A stretch of 64,000 bases of DNA from contig MNCI01000472.1 of NCBI GenBank assembly GCA_015680685.1, positions 298,531-362,530 of the forward strand, read 5' to 3'. Both the position numbers and the translations under genes were made by a program. Below, piece after piece: positions 60,893-64,000 of this stretch (position 1 is its first letter; every line of letters starts with the position of its first letter). Source of the stretch: Gnetum montanum (lineage: Eukaryota; Plantae; Gnetophyta). The notes beneath the pieces were generated by a model that saw only the letters and a program-made list of their open reading frames with translations, had not been told where the DNA came from and did no database searches.

Positions 60893-61831
60893 GAATTACT
60901 CCGTAGCGAAGGATGGACTCTTCGTTCCTCAAGGAGGTTACGTCCTAGTTTGCCTAATGAAAGGTTTCTCAGTTTTCCCCAGTATTTTAGTGAAACTAGT
61001 AGGTTTGAACAAGAGTGGACTGATTTTTGTAATAGAACAAGATCTCAGAATTCTGATGCCATCATTTCCCAGAAGGTTTTTACAGCCCTTCCTCTACCTG
61101 CAAGAAGGACCCAATGGAACCAAGTTCCTGCTCCATACCTTTTCTTGGCCACAGACGTGAACCTCACCAACCTTGAATTTCGCAACTAGTATTCTACTAA
61201 TTGCTTAAATTGGCCTTATTACCAACCGAGTGATTTTCATGTCTACCGAATTTCTTTCAGTCCTCTCAGTGAACCTCCAGACAATGATGATTTGTTCTGG
61301 TCCTGGTGAGCTAAATTTGGTCATTCCCCTTCTCACTTACCAACTAATTATCCCGATCCACTTCGCACAAGTCTCTATGGTTACCGGGGTGATTTCTTGT
61401 TTTATGGGAATCCTGATCACATGGCTTGAAATTTTTTGCATATGGCTTCCAACCCAGTCTATTTCCTCATAACCTGCATTTCCAAAAGGAAAAACTGGCA
61501 ACTCACATGGGGGCAAGCTTTTTATCAGGATGTGTACACTGCTAATGCCTATGATATCCAGCACCACTGTCACATCCATCTAAAAGTCCCGTACACTTTG
61601 GAGCTCTATTATATGGACCGCAGGATTGATGACTATCGTGCCTCTGCAGGAAAGGAAATCAAACTTTATCTTGTTGGCGAGCACTCAGAAGAATCTAATG
61701 ATAGCACAGACAGCACGCCTAATGATTCTCCCGGATGATATGATTACAGCTCTGAAGAATTCCACAACCATGCAGACGATTCTGATGGACATAGTGTCGA
61801 TTTTGGTCCTAACAGTCCACCGTCACATTAA
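60893..61831 (+). pseudogene. Viral downstream ORF of unknown function (about 310 codons, 4 internal stops)
   Basis: ORFs 60950 and 61436 are one frame ending ..GPNSPPSH*; its 3' part is duplicated at 55058-55319. Confidence 0.7.
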
Positions 61832-62229
61832 AAAGTTGTCTTCCACAATCTCTTAAAGTGGATCCGAATCCTAAAAAGTAGATCGTCCCAGTTGGCATCC
61901 ATTAATGTAAGGCNAGCTATAAATAGCAGTGTGTGTGTGTGTAATAGCATAAGAATGCAAGTAGCATAAGTGAGTCAAGTAGTCTGGAAGTGTGAGTTGC
62001 TTTCTACAAGAGTGAGTAGTTGTAAGGAGATGATATCAGTTTCTTGATGCTCTCTGCTCAGAAACTAAGCATTCTCTCCGCCACTGAAAGAGAAATCGTT
62101 CTGTGATGCGCTTTGCTCTAGAACAAGCATTCCTTTCAGTTCTATAAATGCTGGTGTGTGCAATAAAATGATTTGTTTTGGCATATCTGTGTGTTATTTG
62201 GTCTGCATTCAAATGAGCGTATGTGTTAT

Positions 62230-64000
62230 GATGATCATCTTCTATACAGTGAGGTAATTATTGTTGAAGGTAGACAAAAGCTCATTGATGTTGAATCTTG
62301 GATTCAGGAGCAACATGGCACAGGACCTCTCAAAGAGAATGTTTTCATCACTACAAACCAATCTTAAAAGGATCTATGTACATGGGAAATGATCATGTTT
62401 TGAAAATTGCTAGTAGTGGTACTATCAAGATAAAGACATATGATGGCACTACTTGCATCATACAAGAGCTACAACATGTGGAGGGCCTGAAGAAAACTCT
62501 ATTGTCTTTTGGGCAACTAGATGATGTTGGGTGAAAAACTCATATAGAGAATGGGACCTTGAATATTACCAAAGGTGCACTTGTGGTAATGAAGGTAGAA
62601 AAGGTTGTTGCAAATCTGTACATGCTTCTAGGGGACATACATTAGGTAGGAGAGTCTTCTGTTGCATCAACTAGTTCAAAAGAAGAATCAATGATGTTGT
62701 GGCATCAAAAGCTTGATCATATGTTAGAACAAGATTTGAAGATTCTCTCTAAACAGTGACTACTTCCTAGGCTCAATTCAATATGCTTACCATTTTGTGA
62801 GCATTTTGTTACTAATAAGTAGCATAGATTAAAATTCAGCATATCAATAGCTAAGAGTAAAGGCATCTTGGACTTGATGCACTTTGATGTTTGGCAAGGA
62901 CTAGTCACTTCCCTAGGAGGAGCAAGATACTTTGTATCTTTCATTGATGATTACTCTAGGAGATGTTGGGTGTATCCAATCAAAAGGAAGGCGGATGTCT
63001 TTTTAGTCTTCAAATTTTTTAAAGCACGAGTAGAACTTGAGTTCGAACAAAGGATCAAGTGTCTAAGGACGGATAATGGAGGAGAATATACAAGTGATGA
63101 ATTTGATGCATTTTGTCAACAACACGGTATCAAGAGGCAATTCATAGTAGCTCACACTCCTCAACAAAATGGAGTGGCAAAATGGATGAACAAAACCGTG
63201 TTGGAAAAAACAAGATCAATGTTGAGGGCTGCAAATCTTACCAAGTCATTTTGGACAAAAGCAATCAATATCACCTGCTATTTAATCAATTGATCTCCAT
63301 CAACTACGATTGATCTAAAAACACCAATCGAAATGTGGACTAGTAAGCCAGCAGTTTATTCTCATCTCCATCCATTTGGAAGTTTTGTGTATGTGATGTA
63401 CAACAACCAAGAAAGATCGAAGTTGGATCCAAAGTCCAAAAAATGTATCTTATTAGGGTATGATGATGGAGTTAAGGGGTAATGCTTATGGGATCCCACT
63501 ACCTACAAGGTTTTCATCAATAGAGATGTGATATTTACAAAAGATAAAATTTAAGAGAAGGGAGATGATAATACTTCAAAGGAGAATTCAAAGACTACTA
63601 GAATTTAGGTAGAAGATAAGACAAAAGCTAAAGATCGAGTTACTTCTAAAGAAATGTCAATGTATGAAGAGAAAAAACCAGTTAAGTATGAAGCCTATGA
63701 AGTCTATTGGTCATCTTGGGCAAAACATTCACCAAATTAGCACTCAGATTATGTTACTGAAAGCAATGTTGCATACTACCTTTTAACGGAGGATGGAGAA
63801 CCCTCAATTTTACATGAGGTGCTCAAAATTTTAGATTTGTCTTTGTGGATGGTAGTAATGTAGGAAGAGATTGAAGCTTTACACAAAAACAAGACATGGG
63901 ATCTTGTTACACTATCACAAGGAAGGAAGGCTATTAGAAACCAATGGCTCTACAAGATCAAACATGATAGTAACAACCAAGTGGAGTGATATTGTGCAAG
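62230..64000 (+). pseudogene. Copia I protease, integrase and RT start
   Basis: DSGATWH, MHFDVW..YFVSFIDDYSRRCWVY..CLRTDNGGEY..TPQQNGVA, EEIEALHKNKTWDLV. Confidence 0.93.

Larger units (their letters stand above)
55058..62230 (+). mobile_element. Endogenous caulimovirid (plant pararetrovirus), about 1.1 genome lengths
   Basis: MP-CP-zinc finger-protease-RT-RNase H, no integrase, PBS TGGTATCAGAGC at 55762-55773, terminal direct repeat 55058-55739 / 61570-62230. Confidence 0.95.
53952..64000 (+). mobile_element. Element I: Tnt1/Tork-like Ty1/copia, split by an endogenous caulimovirid and running off the window
   Basis: Short LTR about 53952-54214, PBS TGGTATCAAAGC at 54216-54227, gag 54281-55060, protease/integrase/RT from 62230. 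Confidence 0.85.

Noticed and set aside
55058-62230. LTR retrotransposon interpretation of the terminally repeated unit
   Set aside because: No TG/CA ends, TSD or integrase; it has a movement protein and a caulimovirid-type RT.

Overview
Plant heterochromatin-type window made almost entirely of nested retroelements; no host gene is supportable. The host may be a non-flowering vascular plant (weak inference from the Tat domain order). A degraded chromovirus (B, +) carries a CRM-like element (A), a young non-autonomous Athila-type element with an intact Gag-protease ORF but no RT/RH/INT (C, 6695-14243), and a Copia element (D, -). D contains a Tat element (E), which contains a second Tat element (F), which contains a non-coding LTR element (G). 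Next come an older pol- and env-like-bearing Athila relative of C (H, -), about 2.6 kb unassigned, and a Tnt1/Tork-like Copia (I) split by a greater-than-unit-length endogenous caulimovirid (55058-62230). The most striking signal is in the LTRs of C: five hairpins carrying ten copies of one asymmetric internal-loop motif (5'-CGA-3' opposite 5'-G(U/A)A(U)CGGC-3') with covarying stems. One of these hairpins buries the AATAAA signal. The relative H has only two such hairpins. C and H also share a ~730-nt nested long-range pairing domain in the 3' non-coding region. All structures were paired by eye, not computed.
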